DNA of 63,693 bases, filler included, from Octopus bimaculoides (lineage: Eukaryota): NCBI RefSeq assembly GCF_001194135.2. It is 5 parts of 5 records of this genome, joined end to end, with 100 filler letters (N's around TTAATTAATTAA, not from the genome) between each part and the next. Parts side by side here need not be neighbours in the genome. Positions count along the whole stretch, not along the records: positions 49,942 to 60,839 come from NC_069008.1; positions 60,940 to 63,693 come from NC_068991.1; 3 more parts are not named here. One strand, given 5' to 3'. Below are positions 50,327 through 62,632 of the stretch, one piece after another (position 1 is the first letter of the stretch; every line of letters starts with the position of its first letter). A program made the position numbers and the translations under genes. The notes under the pieces were generated by a model. The model made no database searches and was not told the origin of the DNA. It saw only the letters and a program-made list of their open reading frames with translations.

Positions 50327-52829
50327 CACTGGTCAACAGCCAATTTTCATCAGGGATATTATATGGTGTTTTAGATGTAGTTTTGTCCGCAGATTTCAAA
50401 AATGTAATCAGTTTCCTTCTATCAGGCACAGTTTTTCTGATGAGATAAGAGAGGTATATAACTCCCATCAGCAGTATCGCTACACGTAAACGTCTTATAC
50501 AGGTAAATTCTGACTTCTGTTTTATAACTATTTGTATTCATTTTATGTTTTCACAATCTTTTCATAAATTTTACTTTCTGTTTAAGGTGCCAAGTCATCA
50601 CCACCATCAAATTCTACTCAGGATGTCAAGGAATTGCAAGAACAGTCCTGATACATTTTGTCATGTCTGTGGTTCATTTACCACCAAAGCTCAGAAACGT
50701 GCCATCACAAGTGAAACCAAGACGGTCTACCAGTTATACTTTGGCTGCTCTCTTAGGGATCAAGATAAGAGTTGGCCCCTGCACATCATCTGCTCAGCTT
50801 GTTCAAATGGACTAAGGGATTGGTTAAATAAGAGGAAGAGAGCAATGCCGTTTGCAATACCTATGATATGGAGAGAGCCAAAGGATCATTTCATGGGCTG
50901 TTATTTCTGCAATGTTAATGTATGTGGGTTTACTGTAAAGACCAAGCATAAGATTGTGTATCCCAACTTGGAATCAGCAAGAAGGCCAGTACCACACAAC
51001 GATGATGGTCTTCCTATTACAATACCACCAGAAAATGGCCTTCAGATGTCTGACGGAGATGTATTTCCTGAAGAAAATACTACTGCTGTGGAAGACACTG
51101 AAGTGGATGCATATTTCACGATTGAAAATGAAGACGTACCACAGAAATTTTCTCAAGGAGAGTTAAATGATTTAGTTAGAGACTTGTCATTGTCGAAGGA
51201 TAAAGCTGAACTATTAGCATCTTGCCTACAAGAAAAATGTCTGCTTAATAAAGATGTTTGTATTACTCATTTCAGGAAAAGAAATAGGGATCTGACTTCA
51301 TGCTTCTCTGTTGATGGACCACTTTGTTTCAGTAATAACACTGATGAGTTATTTCGCTGTTTGTTCNNNNNNNNNNNNNNNNNNNNNNNNNNNNNNNNNN
51401 NNNNNNNNNNNNNNNNNNNNNNNNNNNNNNNNNNNNNNNNNNNNNNNNNNNNNNNNNNNNNNNNNNNNNNNNNNNNNNNNNNNNNNNNNNNNNNNNNNNN
51501 NNNNNNNNNNNNNNNNNNNNNNNNNNNNNNNNNNNNNNNNNNNNNNNNNNNNNNNNNNNNNNNNNNNNNNNNNNNNNNNNNNNNNNNNNNNNNNNNNNNN
51601 NNNNNNNNNNNNNNNNNNNNNNNNNNNNNNNNNNNNNNNNNNNNNNNNNNNNNNNNNNNNNNNNNNNNNNNNNNNNNNNNNNNNNNNNNNNNNNNNNNNN
51701 NNNNNNNNNNNNNNNNNNNNNNNNGCACATGAAGGAGTGTTCTGAAAACATGCAAGTACTCCTCAATGCCATAAAGTATACAAACTACAGCTGGAAAATA
51801 TGTGGAGATTTGAAGGTGATTGGAATGTTGATGGAAATGCAATCTGGGTTCACGAAATATTGTTGTTTTTTATGCCTATGGGACAGTTGTGCAACTAACA
51901 AGCACTATGTGCAATCAGAGTGGCCTTTGCGAAAATCCTATGAGCCAGGAGTTTCTAGCGTCCAGAACAAGCCACTTTTAAACCCAGAAAATGTTCTTCT
52001 TCCCCACTCTTCACATAAAGCTTGGCCTCATGAAAAAAATTGTGAAGATACTTGCCAGGTAAAGCTCAAAAGGTTTTGAATATGTGAAGGCCAAATTTCC
52101 AAAAATCACCGAGGCAAAACTGAAGGAGTGCGTATTCGTAGGTCCGCAGATAAATAAACTCTTGAAGGACAGCCACTTCCTCACAGCACTGGATGAGATT
52201 GAGCTTAAAGCCTGAGAATCCTTCATATGGTTCTGTGAAAATTTCCTAGGCAACAAGAGATCTCTAGAGTTTAGAAATGGAGTGAAATGTCTTCTAGACT
52301 CTTACGCTGCAATGGGCTGTCGGATGTCACTAAAAGTCCATTTCCTTGATTCACATCTGGACTTTTTTGCAGAGAACCTTGGAGCAGTGTCTGATGAGCA
52401 AGGGAACGCTTTCATCAAGATATTGCATCGATGGAACAATGATATCAAGGATTTTGGAATGCAGGAATGTTAGCTGGCTACTGTTGGATGTTATACAGGG
52501 ATGAACCTGAGACAAAACACCATAGAAAGTCTAACTCCCAAAGATTTTTAAGTTGTTATGCATTTGAGTGTATTCTAACTTATTTGTACACAATAATTTT
52601 AATTTTATACAATAAAAAACCATGAAATTATCGTATCTTGTATTCAATATACTTTATATAGACATGCTTTATGTATTCTATAAGTTAAAACAGCAGGTAT
52701 CATTAACATGAAAATGTGACCTGATAGAGGAAATCGGACTTCAGATTCGTAATCAGCATCAAAAATTAACCTAGAAAAGTCAATCAGCAACTCTGATGAT
52801 TAAAAAAAGTTTCATTTTGTTGACCAGTG
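50327..52829 (+). mobile_element. Full-length Chapaev3-type (CMC superfamily) DNA transposon
   Basis: Perfect 12-bp TIRs CACTGGTCAACA (50327-50338) / TGTTGACCAGTG (52818-52829). 3-bp TSD TTA (50324-50326, 52830-52832). Subterminal inverted motif tttcc(t)tctatcagg at both ends, and a transposase inside. Confidence 0.88.
50623..52550 (+). pseudogene. Chapaev3-type transposase, inactivated (spans a gap)
   Basis: MSRNCKNSPDTFCHVCG, QDKSWPLHIICSAC, PMIWREPKDHFMGCYFC, WKICGDLKVI, TKYCCFLCLWDS, LHIKLGLMK and SDEQG.RFHQDI motifs. Frameshifts near 52003 and 52403, and in-frame stops (e.g. ~52061, ~52213). Confidence 0.88.
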
Positions 52830-52907
52830 TTATTTAATTATGCTGTTGACAAAAGCATGATATATTAATTATTTAATTATGCTGTTGACAAAAGCATGGT
52901 ATGTTAA
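52830..52907. repeat. 39-bp tandem duplication abutting the Chapaev right end
   Basis: ttatttaattatgctgttgacaaaagcatg.tat.ttaa x2. Confidence 0.9.
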
Positions 52908-53639
52908 TTATCGTGGCCATTGCAGTAAAAGTCTGGTCTGTGTTTGGTTTAACTTCTTGGTTTAACATAAACATTTATTATCAATTTCCATGCAAAAAAT
53001 CTCTTTTCCTATCATTCATTTTGAATTTATATATAAGGAAAAATAAGCACACAAATTATTTCGGTTCNNNNNNNNNNNNNNNNNNNNNNNNNNNNNNNNN
53101 NNNNNNNNNNNNNNNNNNNNNNNNNNNNNNNNNNNNNNNNNNNNNNNNNNNNNNNNNNNNNNNNNNNTAGAAACGAATGAATCATTAAGTAAATGTGGTG
53201 AACGTTGTACATTGAAATATTTAACATCTTCAATTAGATATTAAATCATTATGAAATACCTCCTGCAATAACATCAGCAAGTATGTTAGTGTTAACAAAT
53301 GAACGTTTAGATTATTAAAACGTTAAATGAAAATAATATGCAGTGAAGGAATAAAATTAGTGAAAGACCAATATCATTTATTTTTTCTGGCCAATACAAA
53401 AGACAGATTTGGACATGTTTCAGCCTTATTTCTAATCTTCACCTCTTTATGATGACCTAGTCTAATCTAGGAAACATAGAATGCATTCAATATTCCAATA
53501 AAAGCAATCTATATTATCCTTCCAATGTCTCTGTTTCTAATGGAATGTCAACATCATTTTAATCATACAAGAAGTAATGGAATCAGTTGTAAGACAACTA
53601 TCACCTATATCGGTTTCAAGTTTTGGCACAAGGCCAAAA

Positions 53640-53822
53640 GTTTCAAGGCTCGGGGTAAGTCGATTACATCGACCCCAGTGCTCGACTGGTACTTATATTA
53701 TTGACTCCAAAAGTATGGAAGGCAAAATCGACCTTGGTAGAATTTGAACTCATAACATAGCAACGCACGAAATGCAAATGAGCATTTTGTCCGGTGTCCC
53801 AACGATTCTCCCAGCTCAACAC
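53640..53822 (-). mobile_element. SINE family A copy
   Basis: gtcgattacatcgaccccagtgctcgactggtactta...agaatttgaactc...aacgattctcccagctc. Confidence 0.75.
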
Positions 53823-54227
53823 CTTACAACTATGTCCTCTGTCACTTGTAATCTATCTCCTCTCTCTTTGACAACCACAACAGTTTCTGTAGAACCAGAT
53901 CTACCAGACTAACTCGCTTGCATCACGCACCTGACGTTTGTCAAGGAGACTCATTTGGTTAAGACATTGTGTGTATAATAGGAAATAAAGAAAAAAAGTA
54001 TCGGAGGAGCGATGCATACCCTGCGCACATATTTTTTTCGCAAATTATAATGTGGCCTACAGTGCTTTGCTTACCCATGCATTTCAATTGAATTGTATTA
54101 ATTGTTTTCTTAGTATCAGCATTTTAGGTAGGTATTTATACTCCGGTGAAATTAAGGAACCAACTCGTAAATAAACGAAATCCTCGAATCCATCACAGTA
54201 AACACACACATACACACACGCACACAC

Positions 54228-54320
<93 letters not shown>

Positions 54321-55198
54321 CGCATATGTATGGATGTACACACTCGTATCTACATGCATAGGCACACCATGATCTATACACGCAGGCGAGAGCCGATTTA
54401 TATGAAAAAGTTGCTTATCGGGAAATTTGAAAGTACGAATTAAATTTTTTTTTTAAATAATCAAACCAAATGTTCATCATTTTGAGTCGCTCAACCAATG
54501 AGTATTTCTGCGAAATATGGTGAAAATCCGTTCAGCCGTTTTCCAGTAATTTTGAAAACACCCAAACAAGCAAACACAAGTGATTACAATAGCCTGCTTT
54601 CTCTTACGCGCCAAGGGTAATAAGTGAATATGTCAATATGCCTTTAAGAATGTTCTTAGTTATCACCACATCGTCAAGCAGAGTGATGTATGTTTTGTTA
54701 ATGACTGGGAGAAGTGTTTAGTATACTCTTTGCTGGACAAACAAAGCAGCGACAGCACAGTATAGGGGAAAACACTCTTTATGTTTCTATAGAGTGGGAG
54801 AGGTCCACATAAAGAGGAAAATCTTAAACATGGCACCATGGGAACAACCTCATAAGACATATGTTGTCCACGGGGTCAAGCAAAAAAGAGATGCTGGATT
54901 GTGCATATCTTCAGAAGGTTCTAGGCTGTCCCTTCAGTGAAACCTCACCACTTTGGGTGGTGGGGTGAAGGAGAGGACGACCAAAGAACTTCTGGTACCN
55001 NNNNNNNNNNNNNNNNNNNNNNNNNNNGGAATGGAAGGAGACAGAAAATGGAAAAAATATAATTCATAAACAATCGTAATGCTAACTCAAAACACTAAAA
55101 TTAACATCTAACCGTAATTCTTAACCCTAAATCCTATCTTTAGACTATATAGACGTGTGTCTGTGTGTGCTAAATTATTGTGTGCGTGCGTGTGTGTG

Positions 55199-55264
<66 letters not shown>

Positions 55265-56169
55265 TGTGTGTGTCCGTGTGTGCGCGCGTGTGTGTGTAAA
55301 GAAGTGGCGGCTAAATAAGAAAGGACACATCTAACCATATAATCCTAGATATACTATGTTTGATTAAAATATTTGAAGGTCTCGATTGTTATAAAACTTA
55401 TTAATGTGAGCCGTACCCTTGTCAGATCAGGGCTGATTCCAGACTGAAGAGCATCAACAACAACATGAGAACTCACATTAAATAATGTAGTCTTAGATAC
55501 ACTATGCCAGGGTAAAAGACGGGATGGTCATGGTTGGGACGCCTCTGAACACCCCATTTCTACCTGTTGAATTGTGGCTAAACTACAACAAATAAGAAGG
55601 GATACATTAGAAAATATAATTAAATACATCACATGTGAATAATTGATGAGATGGTCACAAGAAGGAAGCTTTCAATCATAGTGTTCTTATTAATTGTTTA
55701 ATTAACCTCCATCTCATCTGACCTTTCATACCCTTCCTCCCTCTCCTCGTCAGATTAAAAAAATATATTAACCAGCTTTCTTGGTCATTATCTCCCTTGA
55801 CCAACTGTCGTCCATGCCTCTCTCTAACCCACTCTCTCTAAATCAGTCTCTCTCTCTCTCTCTACTCCCCTCAATCCTAGATTCCTTCAGAGCCCCGGCT
55901 ATATATATAAGAAGTCTCTTCTAATTGTCTCACAATCTATTCTACTGACATAACTACGACGAGGTTTCTCCAAAATATGTACAGATAAGATAGATTTTAT
56001 TGCTTCTACTCCCTCAACATTTTCTCAAATCTTTTTGCGCTCCCCCNNNNNNNNNNCCCCCCCCCCCGTTCGTTCTTCATTATCCATCTGTTTCTCTTCA
56101 TGTAAATCAATTGAACTCCGTTTTTGTCTTAAATTCATACTTATTCATTTTCTTTACTTTATTCAAATT

Positions 56170-56397
56170 TTATCGCTCCTTTAAGGTTGGTGTGTTTGAC
56201 CTTCCACAAATAAAATGGCTATTGCAGTATGGGCAGTGTTTGGAGACCATGTGTGGTACTGAAAAAGAAGGCTGGAATTCCTTTGTTGTGATTGTGTATG
56301 GTTTCCTGGAAAACAGGAAGACATCAAATTATGAAGAACTTGTGCAGATCCTGTTAACCAGGTTGGCGTGTTTGACGGTCCACAAATAAGGTGGCTG
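56170..56397 (+). pseudogene. Second, older Chapaev-type transposase fragment with an internal ~38-bp re-duplication
   Basis: KVGVFDLPQIKWL..EKEGWNSFVVIVYGFLENRKTSNYEELVQ is homologous to the KECVFVGPQI..FLGNK region at ~52120-52280. The GVFDGPQIRWL-coding block is repeated at ~56360. Confidence 0.7.
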
Positions 56398-56399
56398 TA

Positions 56400-56955
56400 A
56401 GGAAACTTTCTATGTCTAGAATGTCACATTTTGTAAGAACCTCTACGTTGGGGAGTTTGTCCTGCTCATTGATGATGCAAATTAAGCAAAGGCAGCGCTG
56501 ATGGAATGAGTGTAGCCATTTAATATGGTGCTTGTAGCCAGTCCGTGCTTCATTGTCATATAGTAAATAACTAAGCACTCATGTCTCATGTATTTTGATC
56601 TTTCCGAGCACACAGAGATGCCATGTTCCCTAAACAGTCTGTATTGGAGTCAACCGATTGCCGAGCTTGCCGTAGACAATTTCTGGATGTTCTCTTCATT
56701 TTGCTGAGCATTCAACATGATGCTTTACAGGTAGCAGTATTTCGGCACAACATTTAGTGTGGTATTGTCTACAATGACAATGGAATCCTGTTTTAGGTGT
56801 GCAGCTGCTGGCTGGTGTAAGACCTCAGTATTCCACACACTGACCCTTAGGTCAATAGATTTAGCAAAATTTTCAAAACAGTCAAATAATGTTTCGATGC
56901 CCTGGGGAGAGGGTGCTACCAACGAACAATCTGCAAATAAAAAGTCTATCAGATG
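56400..56955 (-). pseudogene. RTE-clade LINE reverse transcriptase fragment
   Basis: FLFADCSLVAPSPQGIETLFDCF..LRVSVWNTEVLHQPA..LNVVPKYCYL and LLYDNEARTGYKHHIKWLHSFHQRCL..QDKLPNVEVL are RTE-like RT/thumb motifs. Confidence 0.8.
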
Positions 56956-57327
56956 TTGACATACATACATACATACATGCGCAGAAAAAGAAACGTTTTT
57001 CTGGTGTGGATGTCAGTTGCCTCTTGGACACCAATGGGATTAAAAAATACAAAAGAAAGTGGACATCTAAGGACTATTAATAAGGAGTTTGCATACCTTT
57101 TATTGGTGCAAAGGATACATACCAAACCGTCTGGAACAAAGAATGGCTGAATTGGGTATCTTAGGGAGAGAATGCAAATCTTTTATTCATACACAATATA
57201 TGGAACTATGGAATCCGCAAGACGTTCCTAAGATTTAAACAATGATGAACAAAGAAGATAGATGTTTTCCATCATAACTTTGCTATCAAGCAGTTGGCAG
57301 GTCAAAATTTGTTCTAAATTGAAAAGG

Positions 57328-58303
57328 ACAGGTCATAAGTTCTGACCGAATTTTGAACAAAGAAAACAAGTGAGCAAATGTTATATTTAATTAAAATTTA
57401 ATCATCAATGTACTTTTCCTGATCTTCTATGATTCCCTTCTATCTATTTACAAGCTTTTTAATTTCATCAATATAAAACTCTTTTGGTTTCAAAGCGAAG
57501 AACTCTGAAATGTCAGCTTCGACCTCCCCCTGGCTTGCGAAATGATTTTGTAAGCTACAAAACGAATGGTAATCTGAAGGAGCAAGGTCGGGAGAATAAG
57601 GTGGGTGAGGAATTTTTTTCCCAACCAAGCTCTTCGACCTTCTGTGATGTGATCTTTGCAGTGTGGGGTCGCGCATTATCCTGATGAAACATCACTCCTT
57701 TTCGATTCACTAAAGCGGGTATTTTTTTTCTTCAAAGCTTGGTTCAAATGCTCTAATTGCTGACAGCAGACTTGAGCATTGATTGTTCCATTAAGTCGTA
57801 ACAATTCAAAGTAACTTACTCCTTTGCAATCCCACCAGATCGAGAGAAGAACCTTTTCCCCATGAAGTGTCCTTCTAGATTGTGGTTGAGCTTTTCTCTT
57901 TTACCAAGCCACTGTTTACGACGTTTAACATTTCGATAGAAGATCCATTTTCCGTCACCAGTCACAAGTCTATCCAAAATGGGTGAAATGAGTTCACGGG
58001 AATGGAGAGAAGAGCAGATGTCAACATGAGTGTATGTTTCGAGTCGCTTCGGCTGCAGAGTTTCCTTTTTTGTACTCATAAAGCATTATGTGCCTTAAAT
58101 GCTCTTTGGATACTTTTATGTTAGAAAAGGTTTTGTTCAAAGAAATTTTAATTCTATTATTCTGTAAAATAATATTTAATTAGTTTAAATGTATACAAAT
58201 GCATAAAAATAATTTTTAATTTCATTAGACGTTCTAAAATACTATTAAATTTCATTCAATTTTTAAAAAGGTAAAATCGGACAGAACTTACTGGATGACC
58301 TGA
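57328..58303 (-). mobile_element. Mariner transposon relic (internally deleted)
   Basis: LDRLVTGDGKWIFYRNVKRRKQW and PHPPYSPDLAPSDYH motifs. Imperfect TIRs caggtcat..aagttctg.ccga, with TA after the right end (58304-58305). Confidence 0.88.
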
Positions 58304-58408
58304 TACATTCATGACTATATATATATATATATATACACAGTTACATACATGCATACACGCGCCCAGACACACACACACACGTATCTATATGCGTGAACAC
58401 TTATCAAT

Positions 58409-58575
58409 GTGAGCAGCTTTTTAGATATATTACTGAAACCTATTTTGAAATACATACCAAGTCATGTGAGGGACGATGTGGACCTGTTAAACCATCTCCC
58501 AAAGTCCATACACAATGATTCCACTATTGTATTTTTTGATGTGGTAAACCTATATACCACAATCCCACATCAACA
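58409..58575 (+). pseudogene. Penelope-like reverse transcriptase fragment
   Basis: SSFLDILLKPILKYIPSHVRDDVDLLNHLP..IVFFDVVNLYTTIPH matches PLE RT motifs (DVxxLYTxIP). Confidence 0.8.
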
Positions 58576-58780
58576 TGGATCAGTAGTCTGTCTTGATTAT
58601 AACTAAACACGTTTATTCAATCGTGTCGGCCCTCTTCTTAGGCGCGAAATATACACTAACGTTTAAGAGATAAATGTATCTAGTGAAACGACTGGTGTAT
58701 TACCTACATTTAATCATGAGCAATGGGTATTAATGCTCATGAATGATGGGTTCTGACAAAAATAAACTAAAGTTTATCAA

Positions 58781-59134
58781 TATTCCAGGAAAGCAGACAT
58801 TGGAGATACAATGGATAAATAACAATTAACATTTATTAATTAAATACAAAAAGACAGAAATCTCAACTTACAGCTGTTTCTTTTACCATGATTCTCGGGT
58901 TTCACTGAGTTTTCACTCTGATGAAGTTACATGATTCAAATTCTTATAACTAATTGCTTTCAATGATGAATATTATTATTATTATCATTGGGGTAGTGAA
59001 ACCCGTGAGTCTGGATGACGTAAACAATTGTAACTTGAGGTTTCTGTCTTTTTGTATTTAATTAATACATGATAACTGATATAAATCAATTGTTACTCAT
59101 CAACTGTATCTCCATTTCCTGCTTTCCTGGTATA
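58781..59134. repeat. Diverged long inverted repeat (arms 58781-58906 and 58995-59134)
   Basis: The arms share ccaggaaagcag, ggagataca, attaattaaatacaaaaagacagaaa.ctcaa.ttaca and cgggtttcact in inverted orientation. Confidence 0.85.
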
Positions 59135-59185
59135 TATATATACGCATATATCTATCTATATATATATCTATATATACATATATAC

Positions 59186-60057
59186 TGTTACGAACGCCCG
59201 CACGCGAAGCACCTCCTTAACACCGAAGAGGGGACACGCGCACTCGCGAACTTTCACACTCAGTGAGCTAGCAACACGTCTGTCGGTCACCTGACCGATA
59301 ATAAAGCCCCGGCTGGAGCACGCAACGAAGAACAACACAGGCAAAAGGAGGGGAGGAAGAAACAACACGAAGACCATGCCTTTTCTTTTTACATAACATC
59401 AAAAACATGAGAATAAAGCATTACATAAACATGAGAATACATTTCAAAACATTACATAACAGTTCAATAGCATATAATGGTGTGACATTGCGTGAACATA
59501 ATCAAGGGGTTTGCAATCATTAAGTCCATCAAAAGTTCTTTCTTTTCTCTTTTCGGTTACACATGCAAAAGTTCTTTCTCTTTCAAGTTAAAATAACGGT
59601 TAACACTTTCACAAAACTATAATCCAAGAGGTAAACAACTGACTACTGCCATCGCATTTGGCTGCCAGTATCCCATCTCTCTGTCCCTCTCTCTCTCTGG
59701 GACTCTATACATTTCTGCTGACCATAGCTTTCTCTCTGTCAGACTTATTCTTCACTTCATCTCACTCGACTGGCCCCATCTCCACGGGCAAACTGCTGTC
59801 TCCCAACTGCCTCGGCTGGCTGCTACAACTCGACTGCACCGACTGGCTGCTACAACCCAACTGCCTCTGCTGGCTGCCAGAACTCCACTGCTAACTCCTA
59901 TTCATCCCAAATACCATAGCTCATTGTGCTACTTCACCCCCTGCCAAGATGGGTCGATCGGTAAAATTCCTATGCTGCCTTTTTTGAACTTTCGCTGACC
60001 GGAAAGGGGCAGCTACGCTAAAAATAGCTGTGGTTGCCGACAAGACAAAGGAAATAC
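59186..60057. mobile_element. LTR-like element, copy 2, truncated at the right end
   Basis: Same TGTTACGAACGCCCGCACGCGAAGCACCTC start as 48167. Homology stops at acaagacaaaggaaatac. Confidence 0.6.
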
Positions 60058-60171
60058 TGGATGACCTGATACATTCTATTTTATATATATATACACAGTT
60101 ACATACATGCATACACGCGCCCAGACACACACACACACGTATCTATATGCGTGAACACTTATCAATGTGAG
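60055..60171 (+). repeat. Direct duplication of 58289-58413
   Basis: tactggatgacctgatacattc...(ta)n cacagttacatacatgcatacacgcgcccagacacac...gtgaacacttatcaatgtgag present at both sites. Confidence 0.92.
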
Positions 60172-60272
60172 AGACTGTTAAAAAGAAAGTAATTGCGATT
60201 GACTAAGTGAGGCAGAGAGAAAATGAGAGATAGAGAGATAGTGAGTGAGTGTGTGTAAGTGAGAGAGAAAGC

Positions 60273-60325
<53 letters not shown>

Positions 60326-60508
60326 ACAAATGTGGTAGATATTTGTATCCTATTAATGGCGTGTGAATCAGCCACTTGAGACGAAAGCGGGAAGCTAATC
60401 AAAAACACTAATTTTAAAGTTTACATGTCTATATATATTTAAAATGTGACTATATATGTGTATATATACGTATATATATGTATATGTATATGCACATATA
60501 TATATATA

Positions 60509-60561
<53 letters not shown>

Positions 60562-60751
60562 TTGGGGCCCATTCTCGTTCCCATGGCAGCTCCCGAGCAC
60601 TGCGAGTGTCATAGCTCTAGATCTTAGTCTGATATAGAATGCACAGGCAGTTATCAAGTGGTCGTTGATGACTTTCGTGATATATGATAGTCCCATCTTC
60701 AATCGAAATTATTGTTCAAACACAAACAATCTGAATTTGAATAATCATGTC

Positions 60752-60839
60752 AATGACTGTACTTATGTCGGACAATATAATGACTGTTCTTATGTCGGAC
60801 AATATAATGACTGTTCTTATGTCGGACAATATAATGACT
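60752..60839. repeat. 27-bp minisatellite, at least 3.3 units, running into the scaffold end
   Basis: aatgactgt(a/t)cttatgtcggacaatat repeated. Confidence 0.93.
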
Positions 60840-60939
60840 NNNNNNNNNNNNNNNNNNNNNNNNNNNNNNNNNNNNNNNNNNNNTTAATTAATTAANNNNN
60901 NNNNNNNNNNNNNNNNNNNNNNNNNNNNNNNNNNNNNNN
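60840..60939. other. Artificial scaffold/contig join spacer
   Basis: 44 N + TTAATTAATTAA + 44 N. Confidence 0.95.
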
Positions 60940-61253
60940 TGTATGTATGTATGTATGTATGTGTGTGTATGTATGTATGTGTGTATGTATGTATGTATGT
61001 ATGTGTGTATGTATGTGTGTATATGTATGTGTGTATATCAGTGTGTGTATGTGTGTGCGTGTGTGTGTATGTCTGTAGATATGTATGGAAGGTTGGATGG
61101 ACGGATGCTTGTGTATCTTTGTGCGTGCAAGTTGGCGTTTTATATAGTAACATTTGATGTGCTTGTGTCTATTTGGTTTGCCATCATCATCATCACTATC
61201 ACCACCATCATCATCACCACCACCACCACCACCACTACCACCACCATCATCAT

Positions 61254-61287
<34 letters not shown>

Positions 61288-61696
61288 TTCATCATCACCT
61301 TCTTCATCATCACCACCATCACCACCACCACACTGCCATTAGCACCACCAGTAGTTTCATCATCACCGCCATCATCACTACCGTTCGTTACGTTTTCTTG
61401 TATTTATTATTCGCTCTCATCACATGACCGAACATCGTTCTCCAGTGCCTAGGGTATGTAACTCTTTTCTACATATTTTCTTTCCTTCTTCCTTCTCTTC
61501 TATGTTCTTTCTTTCTTTATATATTTTGTATCGATGAAGTGTGTGCAAACACGTCTCGAAGGGATATTTTTGGATATTGTTTCTGTGTTAACTTCTGTGT
61601 GTGTGTGTGTGTGTGTGCGTATGTGTGAACATGTGTGTGTGTACGTAAATGTGTATATTATAAAATATATATGTATTACATATGGTATGTATTATA

Positions 61697-61737
<41 letters not shown>

Positions 61738-62561
61738 CATGTAAATATATAGGGAGAGAGGGGAAGAGAAATATAAGTATACATACACATATGCTTAGAT
61801 ATATATATATATATATATANNNNNNNNNNNNNNNNNNNNNNNNNNNNNNNNNNNNNNNNNNNNNNNNNNNNNNNNNNNNNNNNNNNNNNNNNNNNNNNNN
61901 NNNNNNNNNNNNNNNNNNNNNNNNNNNNNNNNNNNNNNNNNNNNNNNNNNNNNNNNNNNNNNNNNNNNNNNNNNNNNNNNNNNNNNNNNNNNNNNNNNNN
62001 NNNNNNNNNNNNNNNNNNNNNNNNNNNNNNNNNNNNNNNNNNNNNNNNNNNNNNNNNNNNNNNNNNNNNNNNNNNNNNNNNNNNNNNNNNNNNNNNNNNN
62101 NNNNNNNNNNNNNNNNNNNNNNNNNNNNNNNNNNNNNNNNNNNNNNNNNNNNNNNNNNNNNNNNNNNNNNNNNNNNNNNNNNNNNNNNNNNNNNNNNNNN
62201 NNNNNNNNNNNNNNNNNNNNNNNNNNNNNNNNNNNNNNNNNNNNNNNNNNNNNNNNNNNNNNNNNNNNNNNNNNNNNNNNNNNNNNNNNNNNNNNNNNNN
62301 NNNNNNNNNNNNNNNNNNNNNNNNNNNNNNNNNNNNNNNNNNNNNNNNNNNNNNNNNNNNNNNNNNNNNNNNNNNNNNNNNNNNNNNNNNNNNNNNNNNN
62401 NNNNNNNNNNNNNNNNNNNNNNNNNNNNNNNNNNNNNNNNNNNNNNNNNNNNNNNNNNNNNNNNNNNNNNNNNNNNNNNNNNNNNNNNNNNNNNNNNNNN
62501 NNNNNNNNNNNNNNNNNNNNNNNNNNNNNNNNNNNNNNNNNNNNNNNNNNNNNNNNNNNNN

Positions 62562-62629
<68 letters not shown>

Positions 62630-62632
<3 letters not shown>

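Noticed and set aside
61140-61427. His-, Thr- or Pro-rich ORFs
   Set aside because: Degenerate (CAC/CAT)n triplet repeat open in several frames, with no splice or codon evidence.
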